Origin: Clostridia bacterium
GTDB taxonomy: Bacteria > Bacillota > Clostridia > Christensenellales > UBA1242
Assembly (NCBI GenBank): GCA_045538175.1
Contig: JAZSQZ010000044.1
Coordinates: forward strand, 5,031-69,030
Direction of reading: 5' to 3'
DNA length: 64,000 nucleotides
A program made the position numbers and the translations under genes. Below are positions 49,940-59,267 of this stretch, piece after piece (position 1 is the first letter of the stretch; each line of letters opens with the position of its first letter). A model generated the notes under the pieces. It ran no database searches. It was not told the DNA's origin and saw only the letters and a program-made list of their open reading frames with translations.

Positions 49940-51824
49940 ATTCTATTTCATTTGTGTCTTCTAAGTCATCGTTACTTTCATCAACTATAATAGGAGTTAC
50001 TTCTTCTTCATTAAAACACCAAGTGTTTTTTGCAAAATCAAGCAGTTTATTTTTTCTTTTTATTATTGAGTTTAGTGTCCACTTTTTATTCTCCAAGAAA
50101 TTATCTAGCTCAAGTTGACTCATCAACGGGGCATATTTAAAGAACTCACTATTTTTATCTTCAAAATCGTTTTTCCCTTTTGCAGAATTTGCTGATTTAG
50201 GATCAATTGTTAGATTCCCGATAGAATGTAGGTACTCTTTATCAAATTTCTTTCTTTGTCCTATTTTTACAAATTTGTCATCTTTTAAAATACGAAACTT
50301 GTCTTTTTCGTTTGCTTGAGCAATTATGTGCTCAATGGTTAATTTCTTTTTTGTATCTTTTTCCCATAGATGTTCAAAAGTCAAATTGGGATAATTTTTG
50401 CCTTTTTGGTTTCTTAAATAATTCTCGTAAGACCAAAAGAAATAGTTTCTATCTTGTGATGAATATTCTTTAAAAAACTCCTCATTCTCTAACTTTTTAA
50501 GAAATTTTTTATTATCGCCTAGAGAAATTATTAATGTTTTAATTTCTTTAAACAAATTCTTGAAATCTCCTTTAAAATCTCTCGCCATGCTGAAGAATTT
50601 ATCTTGATATTTATTTGATAGGTATTTCATTATGGTTAAACCCCTAAAGCAGAAGATTTCACACAAGTGGCACAACTCACAGAAATTTCCTTTATTTGGG
50701 GTTTCGTCAGAGTAGTGTGCTTTTATTAATAGTGGATAAATAGAAGCCATTCTATCTAATGCTAAGAGTTTAAAGAATTCTTTATATCTATTATTAAACA
50801 TGTGTTCTATAGCAGTAAATGAGTTCTGTAAGTTATGTATATAATTATTTATGTATTCGTTGAGTTCGTTGCTTTTTATATTTTTTTCTTTTTCATCTAC
50901 TGCTAAGTTTATATCTAATATCATTTTATTAACTTTTTCTTTTAATTCTTCAAGATAATGTTGATAGGCTTTGTAGCTTTTTTGGCCACTTATTTTTTTA
51001 TTTTTCCATCCTTCAAACGCAATAAAAGAATATTGTTGAATTGAACTTTCACTTATATTAAATTTTTCTTTTTCTCTAAGATTTTCATACTTTATAAAAA
51101 TTTCATTAAAGATTTCTTGTATAGTATCTAATGTGGAGTCATAATTTGTTAGGACTGTGGAAACTTTATACATCAAAAAACTTTTAGTTTTTTCCAAGTT
51201 TGTTAATAATTTGCCTCTATCATTTGTTGTCTCAAAAATCATTGCAGCTTCGCCTCTATCAGATACGCTATAAATAAGACAATTTGCTGAACTAATTCTT
51301 TCCATGTATCCTTCTAAATCTTCTTTTGTGCAATTTTCTAAATTTCTAATAAAAAAATTTTTTGCTTCTAAGAGATTTTTTTGTGCTGGTGTTGCAATAG
51401 AAGGATCGTTACTTTCTGATAGTATATATGATTTGAAAAAGTTATTATCTTGTTTTTGAAGTTTGAGTATAGGGTTGTTGTTATGATCGCATATGTATTT
51501 TTTTGATAAAGATTCAATAGTTGTACTCCCTATTTTTTCTTGTTTCATTTTATTTATTAAACAATATATAAAAATTACAAGAGTTGTTATTCTCTGTTGT
51601 CCATCTACAATTTCATATGTTTCGGTAGGTAAACCTTCTTTTTTTTGCAAAAGAATAGTTCCATAATAATATTTTTTATGGTTTTCAGCGGCACTGAAAT
51701 CATTTAAAAAATCTTTCAATTGTTTTTCTGACCAAGCGTAACTTCTCTGATAGTCTGGAATTTCAAATCGTCTACCTTCTTCAAATATACTTTCAATACT
51801 TAGTTTTCCGTTTTCGATTTCCAT
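49938..51824 (-). CDS. DUF262 + DUF1524 protein (GmrSD-like type IV restriction endonuclease family)
   Basis: N-terminal IPDYQRSYAWSEKQ and VDGQQRITTL (DUF262/ParB-like NTPase). C-terminal LTIEHIIAQ ... HSIGNLTI ... NSAKGKNDF (His-Me finger, DUF1524). Confidence 0.8.
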   Translation of the reverse strand: MEIENGKLSIESIFEEGRRFEIPDYQRSYAWSEKQLKDFLNDFSAAENHKKYYYGTILLQKKEGLPTETYEIVDGQQRITTLVIFIYCLINKMKQEKIGSTTIESLSKKYICDHNNNPILKLQKQDNNFFKSYILSESNDPSIATPAQKNLLEAKNFFIRNLENCTKEDLEGYMERISSANCLIYSVSDRGEAAMIFETTNDRGKLLTNLEKTKSFLMYKVSTVLTNYDSTLDTIQEIFNEIFIKYENLREKEKFNISESSIQQYSFIAFEGWKNKKISGQKSYKAYQHYLEELKEKVNKMILDINLAVDEKEKNIKSNELNEYINNYIHNLQNSFTAIEHMFNNRYKEFFKLLALDRMASIYPLLIKAHYSDETPNKGNFCELCHLCEIFCFRGLTIMKYLSNKYQDKFFSMARDFKGDFKNLFKEIKTLIISLGDNKKFLKKLENEEFFKEYSSQDRNYFFWSYENYLRNQKGKNYPNLTFEHLWEKDTKKKLTIEHIIAQANEKDKFRILKDDKFVKIGQRKKFDKEYLHSIGNLTIDPKSANSAKGKNDFEDKNSEFFKYAPLMSQLELDNFLENKKWTLNSIIKRKNKLLDFAKNTWCFNEEEVTPIIVDESNDDLEDTNEIE

Positions 51825-51944
51825 AATTCCTCCTTAAACATAAACTATTATAGCACACATTTTGATGTTTGTCTTGTCTATGATACTATTATTAAATGTT
51901 ACAAAATAGAAATAGTATAAAACATTTTTTATTTTTGATATTTG

Positions 51945-51953
51945 TGCTATAAT
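51945..51953 (+). promoter_or_regulatory. Extended -10 promoter TGcTATAAT ending 6 nt before the ATG at 51960
   Basis: TATAAT at 51948-51953 preceded by TGTGC. No SD sequence before the ATG. Confidence 0.45.
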
Positions 51954-51959
51954 AAAAAT

Positions 51960-52514
51960 ATGAAAGTTTTGATTGATAAAAATTTAGCGACATTAATTCA
52001 TGTGTATGACATTTTAAATGGTGGGTATTATGCTGCTCATCATCAATTAAGGTTCTTTGATGATAAAGCATATAGACTTTATCAGAATAAAGATTGGGAA
52101 GGGTTAAAAAACCTATATTATGAGTTAAAAGATACTGTGCCTGAATGGATTTTAAAGTTTGTTGAAAATTCAAAAGGTATAAGATATTTTTGTTGTGATG
52201 GGTGTCACGATGCAAGGGTAATTGGTGTTGACTATGTAGGTGATGGGCTAAATATTAAACTTGGCACAACCGGTATGCTTGGGTGTCTTGATGTTGGAAA
52301 CACTTGTGTGGTAAAAATAAAAACCAAAACTTCAAATGCTTGTAATGAGTTTGTTTATGATTTTGAGTGCTTTGAGAAAATGTATTGGCTTAGCACAGAT
52401 ATTACATTTGAAGAAGGCACAGTTAACTTTGAGTTGGGGGTACAAGTATTTAACGGAAATTCTCACGAAGACATATGTTATCGTTTTAAGATTTTAGACA
52501 TAGAGATTGAATAA
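51960..52514 (+). CDS. Hypothetical cytoplasmic protein (184 aa)
   Basis: Start at MKVLIDK, because the longer track ORF overlaps the -10 box. Terminator follows at 52516-52545. I recognise no motif. Confidence 0.55.
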   Translation: MKVLIDKNLATLIHVYDILNGGYYAAHHQLRFFDDKAYRLYQNKDWEGLKNLYYELKDTVPEWILKFVENSKGIRYFCCDGCHDARVIGVDYVGDGLNIKLGTTGMLGCLDVGNTCVVKIKTKTSNACNEFVYDFECFEKMYWLSTDITFEEGTVNFELGVQVFNGNSHEDICYRFKILDIEIE

Positions 52515-52515
52515 C

Positions 52516-52545
52516 AAAAAGCAGTTGTTAAGACTGCTTTTTTTG
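52516..52545 (+). terminator. Intrinsic terminator
   Basis: AAGCAGT-TGTTAAG-ACTGCTT followed by T6. Confidence 0.8.
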
Positions 52546-52601
52546 TTTAATAAATTGCCTTTATATGTGTTTTATTGTAAAATGAAATTAAGGAGAAAAA
52601 T

Positions 52602-53105
52602 ATGGATTACGGCAAACAAAACAATCTAAATGTAACAACAGTTACAAAAGACGAAAGGACAAACGCTTGCAATGCGATAATTATAAAAGTTGAAAATGGC
52701 GAAAAGTTTTTCTTGTTAGGTTTAAGAGCAAAACATAAGTCAGGTGGTGGACAATGGGGACTTGTAGGTGGCACGCAAGCAGTGGGCGAGACAATGGAAG
52801 AAACCCTAAAAAGAGAACTGTTTGAAGAGATAGGAATTGAAGTTAATATTGAAGATATAAAGTGGAACAACTTTTTTCAATGCATAGCAACTGAGAAAGT
52901 TCATTTTGACCATCACGGTTTTGTTGTTGAAAAGTGGACAGGGGAAATTCAAAACAAAGAGCCAAACAAGTGTGATGATTTAAGATGGTTTAGCGAAAAA
53001 GAATTACCACTTGATAACTTTTTTGTTTCAAAGGGAAATCTTGTAAATTATCTAAACGGCGAAAAATACAACAACAAAACAAACTTTACATATAAAAAAG
53101 ATTAA
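52602..53105 (+). CDS. NUDIX hydrolase
   Basis: Nudix box GGTQAVGETMEETLKRELFEEIGI. Confidence 0.85.
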   Translation: MDYGKQNNLNVTTVTKDERTNACNAIIIKVENGEKFFLLGLRAKHKSGGGQWGLVGGTQAVGETMEETLKRELFEEIGIEVNIEDIKWNNFFQCIATEKVHFDHHGFVVEKWTGEIQNKEPNKCDDLRWFSEKELPLDNFFVSKGNLVNYLNGEKYNNKTNFTYKKD

Positions 53106-53129
53106 AAACATTTTTAAGGGGAAACAAAA

Positions 53130-54158
53130 ATGGCAAAAACAGAAAAGATTGTTGCTTTTGGGGAGATAATGTTACGACTTACTCCACCAGATTATACGAC
53201 AATTGCACAAGCAAGAAACTTTATTGCAAACTATGGTGGGGGAGAAGCAAATGTTTTGGTGTCCTTATCACACCTAGGACACAATACAGAATTTGTCACA
53301 AAACTTCCTGACAATCAACTTGGAGATTCTGCAATAAAACATTTAAAAAGTCACGGGGTAGAAACTGACAATATCGTTAGGGGTGGCTCTAACCTTGGTA
53401 TGTATTTTGTTGAAACAGGTTTTGGTGGTAGACCGTCAAAGGTTTTATATAATCGTAGATATTCTTCTGTTACAACAATTGAACCTGACGAAATTGATTA
53501 TGACAAAGTTTTTGCAAACGCAACTTGGTTTCACTTATCAGGCATAACTTTAGCCCTTGGTAATCACGTAAGAAACGTTGCTTTTAAGTGCTTAGAATAT
53601 GCTGAAAAATATAATGTAAAAGTTTCGTTTGACTTTAACTATAGGTCAAAACTTTGGAATTCTATCGAAGAAGCAAGACCTTACTTTAAAAAGGTTATAC
53701 CTTATGTTGATGTATTGTTTGCAAATCATTTTGACATTCAAGAAATTTTAGAAGTAAGTTTGGATAATGCTTGCGAAGATATCATCACAAAGAAAATTGA
53801 GTTATCAAAAAAACTTTTAACACAAACAAAGATAAGTTATATTTTTGGTACAGACAGGGTTGTGCATACTGCAAGTGACAACTCACTTTCATCTTACTGT
53901 GTAGGAAGAAATGATGAGTACAAAAGCGAAGGGCCTATTAGATTTTCTATTTATGATAGAATCGGTGGTGGCGACGCTTTTGCTTCAGGCGTAATTCACG
54001 GACTTATTAAAGACTATAAAAACATTGAGTATGCCTTAAAGTTTGGTCTTGCAACTTCTATTTTAGAGCATACATTATATGGTGATGTGTCAACTCTTTC
54101 TGAAAGCGAAGTTGAAGAGTTTATAAAAACAAATGGTAACGCAAGCATTCAAAGATAA
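53130..54158 (+). CDS. kdgK: PfkB-family sugar kinase, 2-dehydro-3-deoxygluconokinase-like
   Basis: VAFGEIMLRLTPP ... NYGGGEANV ... GGGDAFASG. Confidence 0.75.
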   Translation: MAKTEKIVAFGEIMLRLTPPDYTTIAQARNFIANYGGGEANVLVSLSHLGHNTEFVTKLPDNQLGDSAIKHLKSHGVETDNIVRGGSNLGMYFVETGFGGRPSKVLYNRRYSSVTTIEPDEIDYDKVFANATWFHLSGITLALGNHVRNVAFKCLEYAEKYNVKVSFDFNYRSKLWNSIEEARPYFKKVIPYVDVLFANHFDIQEILEVSLDNACEDIITKKIELSKKLLTQTKISYIFGTDRVVHTASDNSLSSYCVGRNDEYKSEGPIRFSIYDRIGGGDAFASGVIHGLIKDYKNIEYALKFGLATSILEHTLYGDVSTLSESEVEEFIKTNGNASIQR

Positions 54159-54170
54159 GGGGGAAAACAA

Positions 54171-54707
54171 ATGAAAAAAGTTGTAATTATTTCATCAACA
54201 CCAAGGGTAAATGGTAATTCCGAAGTTCTTGCAAAAGAGTTTGCAAAGGGCGCAACTGATGCAGGCAATCAAGTTTACTTTATAAACTTAAGAGATTATG
54301 ACCTAAATTATTGTAAAGGTTGCTATGCCTGTAAAAAAATAGGCAAATGTATACACAATGATGGTATGGATGAAATTGTAAATAAGATTTTAGCAAGTGA
54401 TGTTTTAGTGCTTGCAACACCTGTATATTTCTATTCTATGAGTGGTCAGCTTAAAGTCTTTATCGATAGACTTGTTCCTGTTTACGAAGAGATAAGAACA
54501 GATATTTATATGATTTTATCTCAATGGGATAGCGACAAAGAAATAATGGAAAACACAGTAAACGCAATTCGTGGTTGTACTAGAGATTGCCTTGAAAACT
54601 GCGAAGAAAAAGGCATAATTTATGGTGTAGGATTATCAGAACTTGGCGAAGCCGAGAAGAATGCGGAATATTTAAAACAAGCCTACAATATGGGAAAATC
54701 AGTCTAA
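54171..54707 (+). CDS. Flavodoxin-like NAD(P)H-dependent FMN reductase / iron-sulfur flavoprotein family
   Basis: VVIISSTPRVNGNS ... CKGCYACKKIGKC ... LVLATPVYFYSMSGQLKVFIDR. Confidence 0.8.
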   Translation: MKKVVIISSTPRVNGNSEVLAKEFAKGATDAGNQVYFINLRDYDLNYCKGCYACKKIGKCIHNDGMDEIVNKILASDVLVLATPVYFYSMSGQLKVFIDRLVPVYEEIRTDIYMILSQWDSDKEIMENTVNAIRGCTRDCLENCEEKGIIYGVGLSELGEAEKNAEYLKQAYNMGKSV

Positions 54708-54713
54708 AAAGCA

Positions 54714-54746
54714 AATACCTTAAGATACAACTTAAGGTATTTTTAT
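54714..54746 (+). terminator. Intrinsic terminator
   Basis: AATACCTTAAG-ATACAA-CTTAAGGTATT followed by T4. Confidence 0.8.
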
Positions 54747-54852
54747 TTATAAAAACTAATAATTATTCATTTTAAAAATTTGCCAACTTTTTGTTTGAAA
54801 AATGGGTTTTGTATGCTACACTCATAGAGAGAAAAACATAGGAGAATTATTT

Positions 54853-56175
54853 ATGATAAACGAAAATGAATCTTGTGCAAAAATAATTGGACAATCAGAT
54901 TTGGGTGTTCAAGTATGTTCTGCAGCAGCTAGAATTTCAACAACAGAAGGCACTGCTTTTAGTGTTTTCAACAAATCTCAAGAAAGCAACGAAGTAAACG
55001 TTAAGCTTATTGGAAAGGTTTTAAATTCAGGACATAAAACAATTATTGAGCATCATTGTTTCAACGTTGCTTTTAACAATGTTTCAGTTATTGTTGAACA
55101 ATTCTTAATCGAATTTAGACTAACATCTTTTACAATAAAGTCAAGAAGATATGTTGACTTTTCAAATGCTGGTTATTATATGCCAAACATTGAAAATAAA
55201 AAAGACAGAGAAACTTTTGAAAACACAACAAGAGAATTATTTACAAAATATAATGAACTTATGACTCTAGGTTTAATTAAAGAAGATGCAAGATTCTTGC
55301 TTCCATATAATTTTAAGAGTAATATTTTGTGTACTTGCAATGCAAGAGAACTTTTACACATTATTTGCACAATGATTTATGGCAGAGGAAAAGTTTATCC
55401 AGAACTTGTCGAACTTGGCACACAACTTAAAAATCAATTTGAAGAAATCTATCCAGGCATTGTCGAAAAGGAACAAGCAAAGTACGAAAGATATCAAACT
55501 CCTGCAAGCGTTCCTGTAAAACAAGGACCTGTTACTTTTGCTGAAAGTGAAGTCGAACTTATCACTTCTACTGCAGATATCGATAAGGTTTTAAAAGAGG
55601 CAATGAAGGTCGAAGGAATTGATAATTTTGATGTAAAAACTTTGATTACAGACGGAAAACTCGCAAGAGTTTTAGAACAAATCAATTTTACATTTAAAAT
55701 CAAAGACATTACACTTGCAAGCCTTACACACTTTACACGTCACAGAATGCACTCACATATTATTCCAAACCTTAACACAATTATAAACAACAATAGATAT
55801 AAAATTGCCCCAAACATTAAGGCAAATGAAGAATATCTAAAGATTTACAAAGACACTGTAAATATGGCTTCAAAAACAATCGAAGATTTATCAAATCTCG
55901 GTGCAGAAACACTTTCATATCTATATGTCAGTGGCAGAACAATCGATGTTATGACAACAATGAACGCAAGAGAACTTTTATGGTTCTTTAAACTTAGAAC
56001 ATGTGATAGGGCACAATGGGAAATTAGAGAAATCGCAATCAATATGCTAAAACTCTTAAAAACAAAATATCCAAAAATTTTCTCAAATTTTGGACCAAGT
56101 TGCTTAGTCGAAGGTAGATGTCCAGAAGGAAAGTTAACTTGTGGAAAAATCAAAACCCCAGACAACTTTGCTTAA
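54853..56175 (+). CDS. thyX: FAD-dependent thymidylate synthase ThyX, double-length (tandem-domain) form
   Basis: Start at MINENES (RBS GGAGA). The first half has GHKTIIEHHCF ... EFRLTSFTIKSRRY. The second half has FTFKIKDITLASLTHFTRHRMHS (RHR motif). Confidence 0.7.
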   Translation: MINENESCAKIIGQSDLGVQVCSAAARISTTEGTAFSVFNKSQESNEVNVKLIGKVLNSGHKTIIEHHCFNVAFNNVSVIVEQFLIEFRLTSFTIKSRRYVDFSNAGYYMPNIENKKDRETFENTTRELFTKYNELMTLGLIKEDARFLLPYNFKSNILCTCNARELLHIICTMIYGRGKVYPELVELGTQLKNQFEEIYPGIVEKEQAKYERYQTPASVPVKQGPVTFAESEVELITSTADIDKVLKEAMKVEGIDNFDVKTLITDGKLARVLEQINFTFKIKDITLASLTHFTRHRMHSHIIPNLNTIINNNRYKIAPNIKANEEYLKIYKDTVNMASKTIEDLSNLGAETLSYLYVSGRTIDVMTTMNARELLWFFKLRTCDRAQWEIREIAINMLKLLKTKYPKIFSNFGPSCLVEGRCPEGKLTCGKIKTPDNFA

Positions 56176-56182
56176 TAAAAAA

Positions 56183-56213
56183 ATAAAACACACCTTAGTT
56201 GGTGTGTTTTTTA
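56183..56213. terminator. Bidirectional terminator
   Basis: AAAACACACC-TTAGTT-GGTGTGTTTT. Confidence 0.8.
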
Positions 56214-56858
56214 TTTATTTAAAAATGGGTCTAGTTTTTCAGGGATTGTTCGGGAGTCGGTTATAAGGCAAGTGTTTATGTTTAGTTTTCTTGCAGGTTC
56301 TAGGTCGTTTTTGTCACTATCCCCAAGTACAATTGCGTTTTGTGGTTTGCAATTTTCTTTTTCTAAAATTCTTTTATAGTAATGCTTTTTTGTTCTGTCT
56401 TTTGCCGTAAAGCGATTGCTTATGATTTCCTTAAACCAATTTTTATCAATACCGAACATTTCCATATAATAATATATATGAGTCGGAGATGAGTTGCTAA
56501 CGATATATACCGGGTATTTTTGACATATGTCGTTTAGATAATTGTTATCAACTAAAAGGTTTTTATCGATAACTAAGGGGTCGGGCGTTGAGTTTTGCCA
56601 ATTCCAAAAATCTTTTACGGATATATCAAACTGTGGATATTTTTCTTTTAGGTCGTACATAAGGTCGACGATTTCCGACCCATTATATTCTTTTTCCCAT
56701 AGAGGATTTTCGTTTACGATTTTTTTATATTCTTCTTCTCTTAGGCGTGGCATAAACTTTCTTCTATTTTCTTTTATAAAATTTTCAAGTTTTAAAAAAG
56801 CTTGCTCGCCAGAATAAAAAGTGCCATCAAAGTCAAAGATTATAACCTTCTTTTTCAT
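56211..56858 (-). CDS. HAD-superfamily hydrolase
   Basis: Start at MKKKVIIFDFDGTF (DxDxT motif) ... VSNS ... GDSDKND. Confidence 0.8.
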   Translation of the reverse strand: MKKKVIIFDFDGTFYSGEQAFLKLENFIKENRRKFMPRLREEEYKKIVNENPLWEKEYNGSEIVDLMYDLKEKYPQFDISVKDFWNWQNSTPDPLVIDKNLLVDNNYLNDICQKYPVYIVSNSSPTHIYYYMEMFGIDKNWFKEIISNRFTAKDRTKKHYYKRILEKENCKPQNAIVLGDSDKNDLEPARKLNINTCLITDSRTIPEKLDPFLNK

Positions 56859-56997
56859 CTCTTGTCCTTTTAAATCAATATGAGACATTTTAGCATAAGG
56901 TTTTTAAAAGTCCAAACTTTTAGATTATTAAAGTTAAAATCGTTTGCAACTTTTTTATTTGTTTTGTATATTATAGTAAAAAAATCAAGGGGTATAT

Positions 56998-57903
56998 ATG
57001 GATTTAGTTATTATGGCCGCTGGTATCGGCAGTAGGTTTGGTGGCTTAAAACAATTACAATCTATTGATGACAATAATAACTTTATTATAGACTATTCAA
57101 TCTTTGACGCTGTTAAGGCCGGGTTTGACCATATTGTTTTTATTATAAAAGAAGAATTGTTAGACGACTTTAAGTCAAGCATTGGCAATCGCATTGAAAA
57201 GTTTGTAAAAGTTGATTACGTTTTCCAAGACAACAAGAACATTCCAGATAGATATTTTGTGCCAAAAGAAAGGGTAAAACCTTTCGGCACGGGGCACGCA
57301 ATTCTTTGTGCAAAAGAAAAAATTACAGGCGATTTTGCTGTAATAAATGCAGATGATTTTTACGGAAGAGATTCTTTTGTTGTTGCTGCAAAGTTTTTAA
57401 AACAAAACAAAAAAGGAGATAAATATTCTCTTGTGGGTTACAAGGCAGAAAATGTTATAGGAAACAGCGCAAAAGCAAAAAGGGGAGTTTGCAAAACTGA
57501 CGGCAACACGCTTATAAACATTATCGAATCTATTATCGAAAGAAAAGAAGATGGCACTTTGTTTTCTACCCCAATTGATATAAGAGAAGGTGTTGGAAAA
57601 CCAATTTTAAATGATAGATGTGTTTCGATGAATTTATTTGTTTTTACAAAAGATTTTCTTGATGCCCTTGAGAAAGACTTTTTTGAATTTTTAGAAAAAA
57701 ACAAAGACGATTTGTCAACTTGTGAATTTTGCCTTCCAACAGTTGTTACAAATTTGATAGACAAAAAGTTTGCAACAGTTGATGTTTTATCAACCACAGC
57801 AGAGTGGTATGGCCTTACATATAAAGACGATGTCGAAACTGTAAAGACTGCCATTGAAGATATGGTAAATAAGGGAATATACACCAAAAACTTATGGAGT
57901 TAA
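56998..57903 (+). CDS. Sugar-phosphate nucleotidyltransferase family protein
   Basis: MAAGIGSRFGGLKQL ... GTGHA ... INADDFYG. Confidence 0.75.
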   Translation: MDLVIMAAGIGSRFGGLKQLQSIDDNNNFIIDYSIFDAVKAGFDHIVFIIKEELLDDFKSSIGNRIEKFVKVDYVFQDNKNIPDRYFVPKERVKPFGTGHAILCAKEKITGDFAVINADDFYGRDSFVVAAKFLKQNKKGDKYSLVGYKAENVIGNSAKAKRGVCKTDGNTLINIIESIIERKEDGTLFSTPIDIREGVGKPILNDRCVSMNLFVFTKDFLDALEKDFFEFLEKNKDDLSTCEFCLPTVVTNLIDKKFATVDVLSTTAEWYGLTYKDDVETVKTAIEDMVNKGIYTKNLWS

Positions 57904-57907
57904 AAAA

Positions 57908-57937
57908 TAAAACCTATACTTAGCGTATAGGTTTTTT
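57908..57937. terminator. Bidirectional terminator
   Basis: AAACCTATAC-TTAGC-GTATAGGTTT followed by Ts. Confidence 0.8.
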
Positions 57938-57939
57938 GT

Positions 57940-59106
57940 TTATTGTTGTTCTGTTTTTTTCTTTTCGTTTTCTTTAATATGATACTCATATTTTTCGCAA
58001 ATTTCTTTTACGCAATCGTCCCAAGAAACATAAAGTTGTTTTGATGCGTTTTCGCTGACTTCTTCATACAACTCTTTGTTAGCAAGGACTTCTTCGATTT
58101 TTTCAGCAAACTTTTCAACACTGTCTTCACAAATAAAACCATTTACGTTGTTTGTAACGGTTGCACTTGTTGCTGTACCTTCAAGAAAGATAGTAGGTGT
58201 TTTTTGAGATGCTGCTTCGATTTGTACAAGAGAACTTGCGTCATACTTTGATGGGAACAAGAAAAGTTTTGCCCTTAGGTAGAGTGCTTTTAAAAGTTCT
58301 CTATCCATAATTTTACCTGTTAAGATTACATTATCTTTAAGACCATATTTCTTTGCAAGATGTCTAACTTCAGTTGCGTCGTTACCTTCGCCAACAAAGA
58401 ACATTTTGAAATTTTTGTCCTTTAATTTTGACAATGCTTCAACAATAAAGTAGACATTTTTTAATCTTGTGATCCTGCCAACAAAAAGCAAAACTGTGGT
58501 GTCTTTATCCAAAGCATATTTTTCGTTGACCATTTTGATGGCTTCTTTTGGGTTTTCAACGGGCAACATATCTGTACCGTTTCTTTGTACCCCTGGCAAT
58601 TCTTTTAGGCCATAGTCCTTAAATATTTCAGCAATTTTGTCGTTTACAGCATAGTTCCTGTCGCACTTTGCAAAAACTTTTAGGATATGTCGCATCATTA
58701 TATTTACGATAAAATTAAAGCGCGCTGATCTTTTGAAGTCAAGTTTGAATTGAGAGTGTAAAGTTGAGATTACAGGAATACCTTTCTTCTTTGCATATTT
58801 TACAGCAGCTTTACCAACTGCAAAAGGAGAGTGGATATGTACAATATCTAAATCGTACTTATCAAGTTCCTTTTTAAATTTTCTTGTGGCATAAGGAATT
58901 TTATATGCAAGTTTAAAAAGTTGAACGCTTTTTGTTTTAACAACTTTATAAGGATATTCTTTTGTGTCTTTACCTGTATCAACAGTAAAAACTGTAACAT
59001 CACAAAATTTAGAAAGGCGTCTTGCATAATTATCAACAACAACAATTACGCCGTCAACCATAGGGTACCAAGTATCTATAAATAAACCGATTTTGAGTTT
59101 TTTCAT
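57940..59106 (-). CDS. Glycosyltransferase family 4 (GT-B fold)
   Basis: N-terminal IDTWYPMVDGV (Glyco_transf_4-like). C-terminal FPSKYDASSLVQIEAASQKTPTI (E-x7-E type region). Confidence 0.8.
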   Translation of the reverse strand: MKKLKIGLFIDTWYPMVDGVIVVVDNYARRLSKFCDVTVFTVDTGKDTKEYPYKVVKTKSVQLFKLAYKIPYATRKFKKELDKYDLDIVHIHSPFAVGKAAVKYAKKKGIPVISTLHSQFKLDFKRSARFNFIVNIMMRHILKVFAKCDRNYAVNDKIAEIFKDYGLKELPGVQRNGTDMLPVENPKEAIKMVNEKYALDKDTTVLLFVGRITRLKNVYFIVEALSKLKDKNFKMFFVGEGNDATEVRHLAKKYGLKDNVILTGKIMDRELLKALYLRAKLFLFPSKYDASSLVQIEAASQKTPTIFLEGTATSATVTNNVNGFICEDSVEKFAEKIEEVLANKELYEEVSENASKQLYVSWDDCVKEICEKYEYHIKENEKKKTEQQ

Positions 59107-59267
59107 CGTTACCTCACAAAAATCTTAATTTTGTATAGTTTAACACAAAATTTCTTTAAAAGAAAACAATATCGCCTAAAAATAATAAAAAGTATGTTTT
59201 TATTATCGTTTTACAAAGAAAAATGATTTTGATATAATTTTAGTATTATTTGGAAAGGAGATTTTTT

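Noticed and set aside
49833-52545. Integrated genomic island or prophage remnant at tRNA-Arg(CCU)
   Set aside because: I found no integrase or recombinase gene. I also found no direct repeat of the tRNA 3' end on the far side of the DUF262/DUF1524 and 184-aa genes. The boundaries of any insertion cannot be demonstrated from this window.
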